64,000 nt of DNA from Gemmatimonas sp. (GCF_044376735.1 NZ_JBILKJ010000007.1:68-64067); one strand, 5' to 3'; shown: positions 1 through 11,219, numbered from the stretch's first letter. The notes: generated by a model not told the origin, from the letters alone. Made by a program: numbers and translations.

Positions 1-739
1 ACCCATAGGCCGGCGGATACTGCCGCGTGATGCGCGCCGTACCAAAGAGCACGTCCCAGAAGAACAGCAGATTGCCGTAGTTGCCCATGTAGTGCCCGAT
101 ACCATCGTCCTGCGTGAGCGCATGGTGGGCGAAGTGCGTGGCCGGCGTGGAGATCGTGCGCTCCAGCAGCCACGCCAGCGGGCGCAACGGGCGCCACGCA
201 TACAGCCACTGGTCCCATCGCACCGCCGAGTGCGCGCCGATGATCACGGTGAGCTTCACCACGCTGTACCCCACGAACACCCAGCCGAAGCCGAGATACA
301 GCAGGGCACCGCTGAACCACAAGCCGGGCATCAGCGCGTAGTAGAACGCGTTGTTGCGATACACCACGCGCACGCTCATGTAAGCCGCCGAATGATGAGC
401 GCGATGCAGCGGCCACATCACCGAGGTGTGCGAAAGGCGATGCCACCAGTACTGCGTGAGGTCATCCGCCACGAGCAGCACCAACACCATCTGCCACCAG
501 GGCCAGTCGGCCCACGCGTCGCGCATCTCCGGCAGCAGCCACGCGCACAGGGCCTTGGACGTCGCAAAGACCGTCCCCGAGATGATCGGGAAGGTCAGCC
601 CCACCGCCACATCCAGCCGGTTGTCCTCGGCCGACGCCGCGTGCGGAAAGAAATGCCCCAGCAGCAGCTCCGCGCCGGCAAAGAGCGCGAAGATGACGGT
701 GACTGCCAGCAACTGGGCGTTCTGCAAGTCGAGTGTCAT
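1..739 (-). CDS. Sterol desaturase / fatty acid hydroxylase family membrane protein (3' end outside window; missing from the ORF track)
   Basis: Hand translation from the ATG at 739: MTLDLQNAQLLAVTVIFALF...QYWWHRLSH...PLHRAHHS...IIGAHS...PATHFAHH...GNYGNLLFFWDVLFGT. Shows His boxes and the NYG..WD.LFGT motif. Confidence 0.9.
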   Translation of the reverse strand, partial: MTLDLQNAQLLAVTVIFALFAGAELLLGHFFPHAASAEDNRLDVAVGLTFPIISGTVFATSKALCAWLLPEMRDAWADWPWWQMVLVLLVADDLTQYWWHRLSHTSVMWPLHRAHHSAAYMSVRVVYRNNAFYYALMPGLWFSGALLYLGFGWVFVGYSVVKLTVIIGAHSAVRWDQWLYAWRPLRPLAWLLERTISTPATHFAHHALTQDDGIGHYMGNYGNLLFFWDVLFGTARITRQYPPAYG

Positions 740-850
740 GTAACGGAGCACCACATGATGGTCATGATGAGCGAATGGCCGTGAACCGGCACCTCGCGTC
801 GGGGCCACAGTACCACGCGCTCCCCTGACCGTAATGTCCGCTCGGGTGGC

Positions 851-890
851 CCGTCGCGCCAGCGCGCTCGCCAGCGCGCTCGCGCGACGG
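851..890. repeat. GC-rich inverted repeat enclosing a 12-bp direct repeat; possible terminator after the M16 pair
   Basis: CCGTCGCGC...GCGCGACGG arms enclosing GCCAGCGCGCTC x2 (858-881). Confidence 0.35.
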
Positions 891-907
891 CGCCCTCCCG
901 CCGGGCG

Positions 908-3001
908 TTACTTCGCGAGCTGCAGCTCGATCGGCTGTCCCACCGGGCTGATCTTCACGAGGCGCTTCGGCGCCTTCGCCAGGTAGAACACGACCGCAGC
1001 CTCGCCCCCCTTCTGCTCGATCTTCCAGCTGTCGAAGGTCCCGGCCGGCACCGTGACCGACTCGCTCCCCACCACTGTGAGCGTGATCGGCTCTACCGTC
1101 CCTTTGCCAGCGTTGAACACATTGACGGTGAACGTCGCGTTGTTCGCCCAGCGGAAGAGCGGCAGCACCATCTGCAGCGCATCGGAGGCAATGGTGCCGC
1201 TCGGCAGATCGGTGTCGATCGCCTTGGTCTGCGGTCCCGTCTGCGAGGGCGTCTGTGCACTCCCCTTCGCCTTGCCGCCAGCGAAAGCGACATCGGTTTT
1301 GGTCTGCTGCCCTTGCATGGAGGCGCCCTGCTGCAACGACACCGGTGACAACACCGCGTCGCTCTCGAGCGTGGTACGCTGCGCGATCATGCCATTCATG
1401 ACATTGGTGTTCTCGCTCATCGTCCAGCCGCCATTCTTCGCCTCGACGGACACGACGGAGGCGCCGAGCGCGTTCCCCTGCACCATCACCACGAACGAAT
1501 CGCGACTGGCCTTGAGCTGCGACACATCGAAGGCCGTCGCCATCACCTTCGGGGTGAGGTCCGACGGCTGCATGACGTCCCCATCGGCGTTCCGAATGGT
1601 GACGGGCGCGATCTTCACCAGCTTGTCGTACAGCTTCACGCCATCGCCCACCACCACGATCAGCGACTGCTGCGGACGAATGACGCGCCGCGCCGCCGCC
1701 GACACCTGCGCCGCATTGACGGCCGCCATCTTCGTGCGATACGTCTGAAGATAGTTCGCGGGCAGTCCGTAGAGCGTGATGCTGGCGACCCGCTCGGCCA
1801 GCGCCTGCGGCGTCTCGATCGTGAGCGGGAAGGACCCGACCATCGCCCCACGCTTGCCTTCGAGCTCGCTGGCGGTGATCGGTTCGGCACCGACCCGCTT
1901 GAGCTGCGCCAGCAGTTCGACGAGCGCGGAATCGGTGACCTCCGTACGCACTTCGGCGTTGGCCTCGAAGCGACCCATGCCGCGCACTCGCGTGAGATTC
2001 GCGTAGGCACCGTATGTCCAGCTCTTCTGCTCACGCAGGATCGTGAAGAGGCGGCCGTCGCTGCCGCCACCCAGCACCTGCGTGGCAAGGATAGCGGCAA
2101 AGCGCGCGCTGTCAGCGGGGCCGATGGCGAGGTTGCCGACGAGCAGGTTCGACTGCACCGAGCCCGGACGATTCACGAGCAGGATCTCGGTGGTGCGGCG
2201 CACCGGCGGCGCCGGCAATGCGGCCGCCGACGCAGGGGCCCCGGTCCAGCCCACGAACGCCCGATTCGCGAGCGTAGTCAGCTGACGCATGGTGATGTCG
2301 CCGGCCACCACCAGCAGCGCACCGCGCGGACGCACCCGCGTCGCATGAAATGCCTGCAGGTCGGCGCGGGTAATGGCTCGCACCGTAGATGCCGTCGCCG
2401 TGGCACCGTACGGATGCGCGCCGTAGAGCCCCGCACGGAAGAACTTGCCGGCGAGGAAGCCCGGGTCGGCGGCGTTCAGCTGCAGCCCCGAGAGCGTCTG
2501 CGTCCGCGCGAGCTCGAACTCCTTCTCGCTGAACGTCGGACGGGCGATCACATCGCCCAGCAGCTCGAAGGCAATCGGCGCTGCGTTGGACAGCACGAAG
2601 CCCGAGACGCTGAGGTAATCCTCGTCGGTCGAGGCGCCCATACCGCCACCGGTTCCCTCAATCGCCGCCGAAATCTGTTCAGCGGTACGTGAGCCCGCCC
2701 CCTTGGTGAGCAGCGCGGCGACCATGGTCGCGGTACCCGTCTTCCCCTTGGGATCGTACGCATCGCCGGCAGGCAAGGCGAGCCGGTAGGCAATGGTCGG
2801 ATTGCGATGATTCTCCACCAGCACCACGCGGACGCCGTTTCCAAGCGTGGCTTCCTGGAACGGCGGCAGCGCGGCCGGCTTGAGCGGCATCGGGGCCGGC
2901 GGCTGCGTGGGGTAGGGGGCGGTCTGCGCCGTGAGCACCGGTGCGGAGATCAGGGCCGCCAGTCCGAGCGCTCCCACGCGAATAGCATTTCGGTGCATCA
3001 T
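908..3001 (-). CDS. M16B peptidase non-catalytic subunit with extra C-terminal DUF3108-like domain
   Basis: Signal peptide; LGNGVRVVLVE; no HxxEH; RLFTILREQKSWTYGA (R/Y pair); C-terminal VTVPAGTFDSWKI motif; overlaps partner gene by ATGA. Confidence 0.85.
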   Translation of the reverse strand: MMHRNAIRVGALGLAALISAPVLTAQTAPYPTQPPAPMPLKPAALPPFQEATLGNGVRVVLVENHRNPTIAYRLALPAGDAYDPKGKTGTATMVAALLTKGAGSRTAEQISAAIEGTGGGMGASTDEDYLSVSGFVLSNAAPIAFELLGDVIARPTFSEKEFELARTQTLSGLQLNAADPGFLAGKFFRAGLYGAHPYGATATASTVRAITRADLQAFHATRVRPRGALLVVAGDITMRQLTTLANRAFVGWTGAPASAAALPAPPVRRTTEILLVNRPGSVQSNLLVGNLAIGPADSARFAAILATQVLGGGSDGRLFTILREQKSWTYGAYANLTRVRGMGRFEANAEVRTEVTDSALVELLAQLKRVGAEPITASELEGKRGAMVGSFPLTIETPQALAERVASITLYGLPANYLQTYRTKMAAVNAAQVSAAARRVIRPQQSLIVVVGDGVKLYDKLVKIAPVTIRNADGDVMQPSDLTPKVMATAFDVSQLKASRDSFVVMVQGNALGASVVSVEAKNGGWTMSENTNVMNGMIAQRTTLESDAVLSPVSLQQGASMQGQQTKTDVAFAGGKAKGSAQTPSQTGPQTKAIDTDLPSGTIASDALQMVLPLFRWANNATFTVNVFNAGKGTVEPITLTVVGSESVTVPAGTFDSWKIEQKGGEAAVVFYLAKAPKRLVKISPVGQPIELQLAK

Positions 3002-4374
3002 GGGGTCTTGGTCTCCGGCTTGATGAGGACGATGGTGCTGTTGTCGGGGCGCAGGTACTTGGCGGCCACACGCTTGATGTCGTCGATGGTGACCGCCATG
3101 TACCGGTCGATATTGGTGCTGACGGCCTTGGTGTCACCCAGAAACATGGTGGCCGCGTGCAGCGCTTCCGCGCGCCCCATCGATGTTTCGAGTTCGGCAA
3201 CCTTGCCCGCACGGTACGCGTTCTTCGCCTTCGCCAGCTCGTCGGCCTCCACACCGGTCGTGCCGACCCTCGCGATCTCCTGCTGGAGCAGCTTCTCGAC
3301 CGAATCGGGGCTGACGCCCTGGTTGGCGATGCCGAGCGTCCCGAAGACATTCGGGCCGCGGCGCGGGCCGATGCCGGCCAGCGCCTGGGCGGCCACGGCG
3401 GCCTTGGTGTCACGCACGACGATGCGATTCAGACGCGAGCTCTCCCCTTGGCCGAGGATCGTGCTGAGCAATTCGAGCGCCGGCCAGTCGGCACTCTTGT
3501 ATTCCGGAATGCGCCAGAGCACGAGCACCGCCGGCAGGTTCGCCTTGCTGTCGGTCACACTCTTCCGCTGCAGCCCGGTATTGAAGGGCTGGTCGCATTG
3601 CACATCGGGGGCCGCCGGCCCCGTTGGGATCGCACCGAAGTACTCGGCGATGAGCGCCTTCGCGTCGGACGGTGCGAAATCGCCCGTGACCACGAGCGTG
3701 GCGTTGTTCGGCGTGTAATACGTCTTGTGGAAATCGATGACGTCGTCGAGCGTGGCCGCATTGAGATCGTCCATCGACCCGATCGTTTCGTGCGCGTAGG
3801 CGAAGCAGCTCTTGGCATCGAACACACTCGTGATCGCGCCAAGGAACGCACCGCTGTACGGCTGGTTATCGATGCGCAGGCGCCGCTCTTCCTTCACCGT
3901 CTCGCGTTGATTCTCGAAGTTCTCCTTCGTGATCTTGAGCGAGCGCATCCGGTCGGCCTCGAGCCAGAGCCCGAGATTGAGCCGGTTCGAGGGGAGCGAT
4001 TCGTAGTAATTCGTGCGGTCGTCGGCGGTGGAGCCGTTCATATTGCCACCGCTGCGTTCGACGAACGACATGTGATCGCCTTTCTTCACATTATCCGAAC
4101 CCTGGAACATCATGTGCTCGAACAGGTGCGCGAAACCGGTTCGCCCCGGACGCTCGTTCCGGGAGCCAACATTGTACCACACGTTCACCGTCACGACCTG
4201 TGCGGCATGATCCTCGGCGAGGATGACGCGCAGGCCGTTGGGCAGGGTATAGCTCTCGTGGGTAAGCGGCGGCACGGTTTGGGCCGTGACACCGGCCACG
4301 GGGAGCAGCGTCAACGCTGCTCCGGCGGTGAGAATCGCGGCGAGGCGCGACGTCGTCGAGATGGACACGAACAC
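2998..4374 (-). CDS. M16B (insulinase/pitrilysin family) zinc peptidase, catalytic subunit
   Basis: TLPNGLRVIL; GSRNE..RTGFAHLFEHMMFQGS (HxxEH); VKEERR; signal peptide. Start may be the GTG at 4368. Confidence 0.92.
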   Translation of the reverse strand: MFVSISTTSRLAAILTAGAALTLLPVAGVTAQTVPPLTHESYTLPNGLRVILAEDHAAQVVTVNVWYNVGSRNERPGRTGFAHLFEHMMFQGSDNVKKGDHMSFVERSGGNMNGSTADDRTNYYESLPSNRLNLGLWLEADRMRSLKITKENFENQRETVKEERRLRIDNQPYSGAFLGAITSVFDAKSCFAYAHETIGSMDDLNAATLDDVIDFHKTYYTPNNATLVVTGDFAPSDAKALIAEYFGAIPTGPAAPDVQCDQPFNTGLQRKSVTDSKANLPAVLVLWRIPEYKSADWPALELLSTILGQGESSRLNRIVVRDTKAAVAAQALAGIGPRRGPNVFGTLGIANQGVSPDSVEKLLQQEIARVGTTGVEADELAKAKNAYRAGKVAELETSMGRAEALHAATMFLGDTKAVSTNIDRYMAVTIDDIKRVAAKYLRPDNSTIVLIKPETKTP

Positions 4375-4648
4375 TCCGTGGAGATAGGGGTGCGGGACGT
4401 ACGGCAGGAACGGCGCCGATGTTTCGCACGTCCCCCTGCAGAGGCAACGGGCCGCACCAGATCACGGCGTGGGCGCTCCCCCGGGGTGCGGGGTCGGGCG
4501 GGTTGGAGGAATGCCCCCAAATGGCTACGGGCTGCAGGCCGAGCGTGGCGTGCCGCGGGTTTGTACACCAGTGGTGTGTACATTTTCACCGAACGATTCG
4601 ATGCCGTTCATTTCCACACTGTTTCGGTGTATCTCCCGGAGCCAGACG

Positions 4649-6175
4649 ATGTCCGATTCGCTCTCCCGCCGCGCCTTCACCCAACTCGTCGGTGCCGCGG
4701 CCGTCACCGGCGCGCTCCCGCGTGCGCTCTCCGCGAACACCCCCGCCATGTCCGGACCCGACCTCACACCCGACGACGAACTCACGTCGCTCTCGGCCAC
4801 CGAGCTCGCCGCGCGCATCCGCCGCAAGAGCGTATCGGCCCGCGAAGTGCTCGAGGCGCATCTGGCGCGCATCGAGCGCGTAAACCCCACGGTGAACGCC
4901 ATCGTCACGCTGGTACCCGAGCAGGCGCGCGCGTGGGCGAAGGCCGCCGATGAACGGCAGGCGCGCGGAGCGCCGCTTGGACCGCTGCACGGCTTGCCGA
5001 TTGCGCACAAGGATCTCGTCGACACGGCGGGCATCCGCACCACCAAGGGCTCGCTGCTGTACAAGGACAACGTGCCGACCGCCGATGCCCTGATCGTGCA
5101 GCGTATTCGCGCTGCTGGCGCCATCACGATCGGCAAAACCAACACGCCGGAGTTCGGCGCTGGCTCGAACACCTTCAACGCGGTGTTCGGCGCCACGCGC
5201 AACGGGTTCAACCTGCAGAAAACCGTGGGCGGCTCCAGCGGCGGCGCGGCCTGTGCACTGAACTGCAACCTGCTGCCGATCGCCGATGGCAGCGATACTG
5301 GCGGCTCGCTGCGCAATCCGGGCGCGTGGAACAACATCGTAGGCTTTCGTCCGTCGCCCGGGCGCGTCCCCGACGACGATGGCTCGTGGTCGCCACTCTC
5401 CACCAGCGGCCCGATGGCGCGCTCCGTTGAAGACGTGGCCCTCTTTCTCAGTGCGATCGCCGGTGTGCACGCCCCCGATCCCACATCGCTCACCGATGAT
5501 CCGTCGCTCTTCCGACGTCCGCTCGCCGCCAGCATGAAAGGCAAGCGCATCGCGTGGTTCACCTCCATGGGTGGCTTGCCCTTCGAGCCGGAAATTACGC
5601 GCGTGCTCAACGCCAACCGGCAAGCCTTCATCGACATGGGGTGCATCGTGGAAGACGCCGAGCCCGATTTCAGCGGTGTCGACGACGCCTTCCCCACGCT
5701 GCGGCATCTCACCTATCACACCAGCTACGCGAAGCTCAATCGCGACAATCCCACGCTGTTCAAGGACACCGTGAAGTGGGAGATCGCCGAAGCCGAACGG
5801 CAGGGCGCCGTCGATGTGGCCAGGGCCAACGCGCGACAGGCGCAGATGTACCGTCACGTGCAGCAGTTCTTCGCGAAGTACGATGCGTATGTGTGTCCCG
5901 TCACCCAGGTGGAGCCGTTCGACATCACCACCGAGTACCCCACGCGGGTGGCCGGCGTCGCGATGCCGACCTACATCGACTGGATGCGCAGCGCGTGGTA
6001 CGTGACGTTCATGCAGTGCCCCGCCATCAGCGTGCCCGCCGGCTTCAGCGCCAGCGGCCTCCCCGTCGGCGCGCAGATCGTGGGCAGGCCGCGCGGCGAC
6101 TGGGCGCTGCTGCAGCTGGCGCACGCCTTCGAGCAGGCCACAGCGCACGGCAAGCGGCGCCCGGACTTCGCGTGA
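4649..6175 (+). CDS. Amidase signature family enzyme with Tat signal
   Basis: SRRAFTQL twin-arginine; GPLHGLPIAHKDL; GKTNTPEFG; GGSSGG; GSDTGGSLRNP. Start reassigned to the ATG at 4649. Confidence 0.92.
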   Translation: MSDSLSRRAFTQLVGAAAVTGALPRALSANTPAMSGPDLTPDDELTSLSATELAARIRRKSVSAREVLEAHLARIERVNPTVNAIVTLVPEQARAWAKAADERQARGAPLGPLHGLPIAHKDLVDTAGIRTTKGSLLYKDNVPTADALIVQRIRAAGAITIGKTNTPEFGAGSNTFNAVFGATRNGFNLQKTVGGSSGGAACALNCNLLPIADGSDTGGSLRNPGAWNNIVGFRPSPGRVPDDDGSWSPLSTSGPMARSVEDVALFLSAIAGVHAPDPTSLTDDPSLFRRPLAASMKGKRIAWFTSMGGLPFEPEITRVLNANRQAFIDMGCIVEDAEPDFSGVDDAFPTLRHLTYHTSYAKLNRDNPTLFKDTVKWEIAEAERQGAVDVARANARQAQMYRHVQQFFAKYDAYVCPVTQVEPFDITTEYPTRVAGVAMPTYIDWMRSAWYVTFMQCPAISVPAGFSASGLPVGAQIVGRPRGDWALLQLAHAFEQATAHGKRRPDFA

Positions 6176-7059
6176 CCGCCGGCCTCTCGCTGTTGTCCAC
6201 GGCCCAGTGGCAATCGCGAGCCGTGGCGCATCGTGTGCGCGTGCAGCACTTCACGAGCCCGTGGCGGGAGCGGCGTGCGCGTGGTGATGTGCATCCGGTC
6301 TACGACTTTCTGTTCCAGTACTATCACTACCCCGCTGGGAAGCTCGAGACCTGGCATCCCGACGCCCACGAGCGGTTGGAGAACAGTCGCGAAGCGCGCG
6401 AGCGCTTCACGGCGCCCGTCTACGTAGCGTCGGACCTCGGGATTGGTCGTGATGCGAACGCGCTGTCGCCAGCGGAGCGGGCAACGCTCGACCACGCGCT
6501 GCGCGTGCTGCGCGCCACCGAGGCCCGCCCCGCGCACTTCGGCTGCTACGGCATGCACGAGTGGGCGATGGTGTACGGCGGCCACGACGTGCGCCACGCC
6601 GAGATCGCACCGCTCCGTTTACCGCAGGCGGAGGTGGACGCCTTCGTGGAGAGTCGTCCGGTGGCCTGCAGTCACTTTGATGCCTTCCGCTTCTTCGCCC
6701 CAGCGGCCAAGCCGATGAACCGCGTGCCGCTGGAATGGGCCACCCGCCATGACAGCGAGCAGCCCGGGTGCATCCACGCGAACATGGACCTGTATCGCTG
6801 GGCCTTTACCGCGATGCCGTGGATCGGCAGCGATCTGCTCTGGGCGTGCTTCACGCTCGCTGTGGAGCTGCGCGTGCTCGACATGCAGGCGGGTCCCTAC
6901 GACCTGGCGGCGATGGGCTTCGCACCCGTGCGCATCGAAACATCGGAGGGGCGCGACGAGTATCAGCGGCGACAGCGCGAGCTGAGTGAGCGGGCGGTCG
7001 TACTGCGCGCGAGGCTGATCGACGCCGTGTGCGCCATCGTGGTTCAACAAGCCGATTGA
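6172..7059 (+). CDS. Conserved protein of a family commonly annotated '3-methyladenine DNA glycosylase' (function unverified)
   Basis: HPVYDFLFQYY; CYGMHEWAMVY; CSHFDAFRFF; EQPGCIHANMDLYRW; LDMQAGPYDL. GTGA overlap with the amidase stop. Confidence 0.75.
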   Translation: MTAGLSLLSTAQWQSRAVAHRVRVQHFTSPWRERRARGDVHPVYDFLFQYYHYPAGKLETWHPDAHERLENSREARERFTAPVYVASDLGIGRDANALSPAERATLDHALRVLRATEARPAHFGCYGMHEWAMVYGGHDVRHAEIAPLRLPQAEVDAFVESRPVACSHFDAFRFFAPAAKPMNRVPLEWATRHDSEQPGCIHANMDLYRWAFTAMPWIGSDLLWACFTLAVELRVLDMQAGPYDLAAMGFAPVRIETSEGRDEYQRRQRELSERAVVLRARLIDAVCAIVVQQAD

Positions 7060-7068
7060 GAAGCGTTC

Positions 7069-7956
7069 GTGCGTCTGTCCCGTGCCACCCCACTTGTTTC
7101 CGAGATCACCATGATGCTCCGCCTCCGTTCGTCGTCGCGCCTTTTGTGTGCGCACATGTGCCTGCCCGCGCTTTCCCTCCCCCGCACGAGCGCCCGCCGT
7201 CGCGTGACGCGCTGGACGACGGCCGCCAGCCTGGCGGCGTACCTCGGGCTGGCCGGTACCGCCTCCGCACAGACGACGGCCGCACAGACCGCGAGTGCGC
7301 AGACCGCGGCGGCGGAGTTTCCGGCGCCCAACCGCCCCGTTTCGCGCATCGTCGCTCCGCGGTGGATCGCTGAGAATGACCGCGACGCATTCGGCGAAGC
7401 GGAGAAGGTGATGAACATCCTGAACATCCGCGCCGGACAGCGCGTGGCGGATATCGGCGCCGGCGACGGCTATTACGTGCGGCACCTCAGTGAGCGGGTG
7501 GGCGCGCGCGGTCTGGTGTACGGGCAGGACATCGAGCCGCGCTACCTCTCCATGCTTCGTGAGCGCGTCGCCGACGCCAAATGGACCAATGTGGAAGTGA
7601 TCGCGGGAACCCCCGGCGATCCGGCGTTGCCCGCGGCCAGTATCGACGTGGCGCTGATGATTCACATGTATCACGAGATCAGCGACCCGTACGCCCTGCT
7701 CTATCGGCTCGCGCCAGCGTTCCGCGCTGGAGGGCGGTTGGCGATTCTCGATCAGGATGCGCCGACCGACCGACATGGCACCCCGCCGCGGCTGCTCATC
7801 TGCGAACTCGGCGCCGTGGGCTACAGCCGTGTGCGCCGCGACGAGATGCCCGACGGCGCCTACGTCGTCACCTTCCGCGCCCCCGACGCCGCCAGCCGCC
7901 CGCGCGATGCCGCCGAGGTGCGCGCGCGAGTCGCCGCCGCCAACTGCCGGCCGTAG
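7069..7956 (+). CDS. Class I SAM-dependent methyltransferase, probably exported (true start may be the GTG at 7204)
   Basis: VADIGAGDGYY; VYGQDI; MYHEI; signal-like segment AASLAAYLGLAGTASA. Confidence 0.85.
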   Translation: MRLSRATPLVSEITMMLRLRSSSRLLCAHMCLPALSLPRTSARRRVTRWTTAASLAAYLGLAGTASAQTTAAQTASAQTAAAEFPAPNRPVSRIVAPRWIAENDRDAFGEAEKVMNILNIRAGQRVADIGAGDGYYVRHLSERVGARGLVYGQDIEPRYLSMLRERVADAKWTNVEVIAGTPGDPALPAASIDVALMIHMYHEISDPYALLYRLAPAFRAGGRLAILDQDAPTDRHGTPPRLLICELGAVGYSRVRRDEMPDGAYVVTFRAPDAASRPRDAAEVRARVAAANCRP

Positions 7957-7958
7957 CT

Positions 7959-8065
7959 GTTCAAGGGGTCAAAGAGTTCAAGGGGTCAAGAGTTCAAGGG
8001 GTCAGAGTCGTTGAACACTTTGTTCAACGACTCTGACCCCTTGAACTCTTTGACCCCTTGAACTC
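7959..8065. repeat. REP/BIME-like palindromic cluster, unit GTTCAAGGGGTCAGAGTCGTTGAAC
   Basis: Two truncated units, a full unit (7992-8016), an inverted full unit (8022-8046) and an inverted truncated unit. Lies between convergent genes. Confidence 0.9.
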
Positions 8066-8067
8066 AC

Positions 8068-9168
8068 TCAGCGCGTCTTCACCGCCAGCTGCCCGCAGCC
8101 CGCCGCAATGTCGATCCCACGCCGCTGGCGCACCGTACTCGGCAGGGCGAACTCCTCCGCCAGCACCTGCTTAAAGCGGGTCGCCGCCTCGGTGCGCGTG
8201 GGCGCACCGTCGTAGCCAGTGGTCGGATTGAGCGGAATGAGGTTCACGTGCGCCGGCAACCCGCGCAGCAGCGTACCCACGGCGCGCGCCTGGTCCGTAC
8301 CGTCGTTCTGCCCCTCGATCAATGTCCACTCGTAGAAGATGCGGCGACCGGTCGTCGCACTGTACGTACGACACGCGGCCATCAGTTCGTCGAGCGGCCA
8401 CTTGCGCGCAGAGGGCACCAGCGCCGCCCGCTCGGCCTGCGTGGCCGCGTGAAGCGAGACCGCCAGATGCACCGGACGCTGTTCCGCCGCCATGCGAAGA
8501 ATGCCCGGCACGACACCCACGGTGCTCAGCGTGATGCGCTCGGCAGCAAGCGCCGGCCCGTGGGGATCGAGGAGAATCTCGATCGCCTGCATCACCGCGT
8601 CGTAGTTGTGCAACGGCTCGCCCATCCCCATCAGCACCAGGTTCCGCAGGCGAGTGCCGAGCCCATGTCGCGTCTGGCGCGTCATCGCGCCGGCCGGCGC
8701 CTCGCGGCGCAGCACGCGCGCCACATGCACGGCCTGCGCGACGATCTCGCCCGGTGTGAGATGACGTGTGTACCCCATCTGTCCCGTCGCACAGAAGACG
8801 CACCCCATGGCGCAGCCAACCTGTGAACTCACGCAGGCGGTGACGCGCCCCGTGAACTTCATCAGCACGGTCTCGATGGTGGCGGCGTCTGGGAGCGACA
8901 GCAGATACTTTCGCGTGAATCCATCGCTCGACGCCGTCTCGAGCGACGTGGGCAGTACGCCCAGTGTCATTTCCGCTCGCAGACGCGCAGCCAACGCGGG
9001 CAACAGCTCGGGCATCTCGTCAAACGACGACACGAGGTCGATGTACAAATACCTCCACAGCCGGTTGGCATGCACGGGCTTGAGGCCCCAGTGCACCAGC
9101 TGCTGCTGCAGCTCAGCGCGCGTGAGGCCGTAGAGATCGCGTCGCGAGGAGATGTCGGGCAAGTCCAT
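8068..9168 (-). CDS. rlmN: Dual-specificity 23S rRNA/tRNA m2A methyltransferase RlmN (radical SAM)
   Basis: IETVL; CVSSQVGCAMGCVFCATG; MGMGEPLHN; VNLIPLN; RGIDIAAGCGQL. Confidence 0.93.
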   Translation of the reverse strand: MDLPDISSRRDLYGLTRAELQQQLVHWGLKPVHANRLWRYLYIDLVSSFDEMPELLPALAARLRAEMTLGVLPTSLETASSDGFTRKYLLSLPDAATIETVLMKFTGRVTACVSSQVGCAMGCVFCATGQMGYTRHLTPGEIVAQAVHVARVLRREAPAGAMTRQTRHGLGTRLRNLVLMGMGEPLHNYDAVMQAIEILLDPHGPALAAERITLSTVGVVPGILRMAAEQRPVHLAVSLHAATQAERAALVPSARKWPLDELMAACRTYSATTGRRIFYEWTLIEGQNDGTDQARAVGTLLRGLPAHVNLIPLNPTTGYDGAPTRTEAATRFKQVLAEEFALPSTVRQRRGIDIAAGCGQLAVKTR

Positions 9169-9302
9169 GAGGGAATGTATCAGGCCGCTTTGGCACTAAC
9201 AGTCGATACCTCGGGATGCCTGCCCATCCGGAACAGCCGCGACTCCGTTCGGCGAGTCGACGGATGGAGGCCTCGCGCCGCGGCGGCACCACTCCCCTCG
9301 CC

Positions 9303-9449
9303 GGGGCTGGGGCGGCCGAGGGTGTTCCAAAGCCGCCTCGAGTTGTTCAAGCGGCCAGTTCAAGGGGTCAGAGTCGTTGAACGAGTTCAACGACTCTGAC
9401 CCCTTGAACGAGCGTTCAACGACTCTGACCCCTTGAACGCCCCAGCCCC
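9303..9449. repeat. Second REP/BIME-like cluster of the same 25-nt unit, bounded by a 12-bp inverted repeat
   Basis: Units at 9358-9382 (forward), 9385-9409 and 9414-9438 (reverse); outer GGGGCTGGGGCG / CGCCCCAGCCCC. Confidence 0.9.
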
Positions 9450-9482
9450 CGCGTACCACGATCCATCCACCAGCAAGCCGGC

Positions 9483-11153
<1,671 letters not shown>

Positions 11154-11219
11154 ATGTTGGGCCGAATCCGAAAAGCGAAAGTCGAAGAGCGGGGAAAAAG
11201 CGTAAGCCCTGAAAACTAG

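Noticed and set aside
92-784. 230-aa plus-strand ORF
   Set aside because: Shadow of the minus-strand sterol desaturase gene.
8068-9168. Cfr resistance methyltransferase
   Set aside because: MGMGEPLHN and CVSSQVGC motifs are RlmN-type rather than Cfr-type (MGMGEAL).
7959-9449. 25-nt repeats as a CRISPR array
   Set aside because: Copies are inverted or adjacent with 0-5 nt gaps, with no unique spacers and no cas genes.
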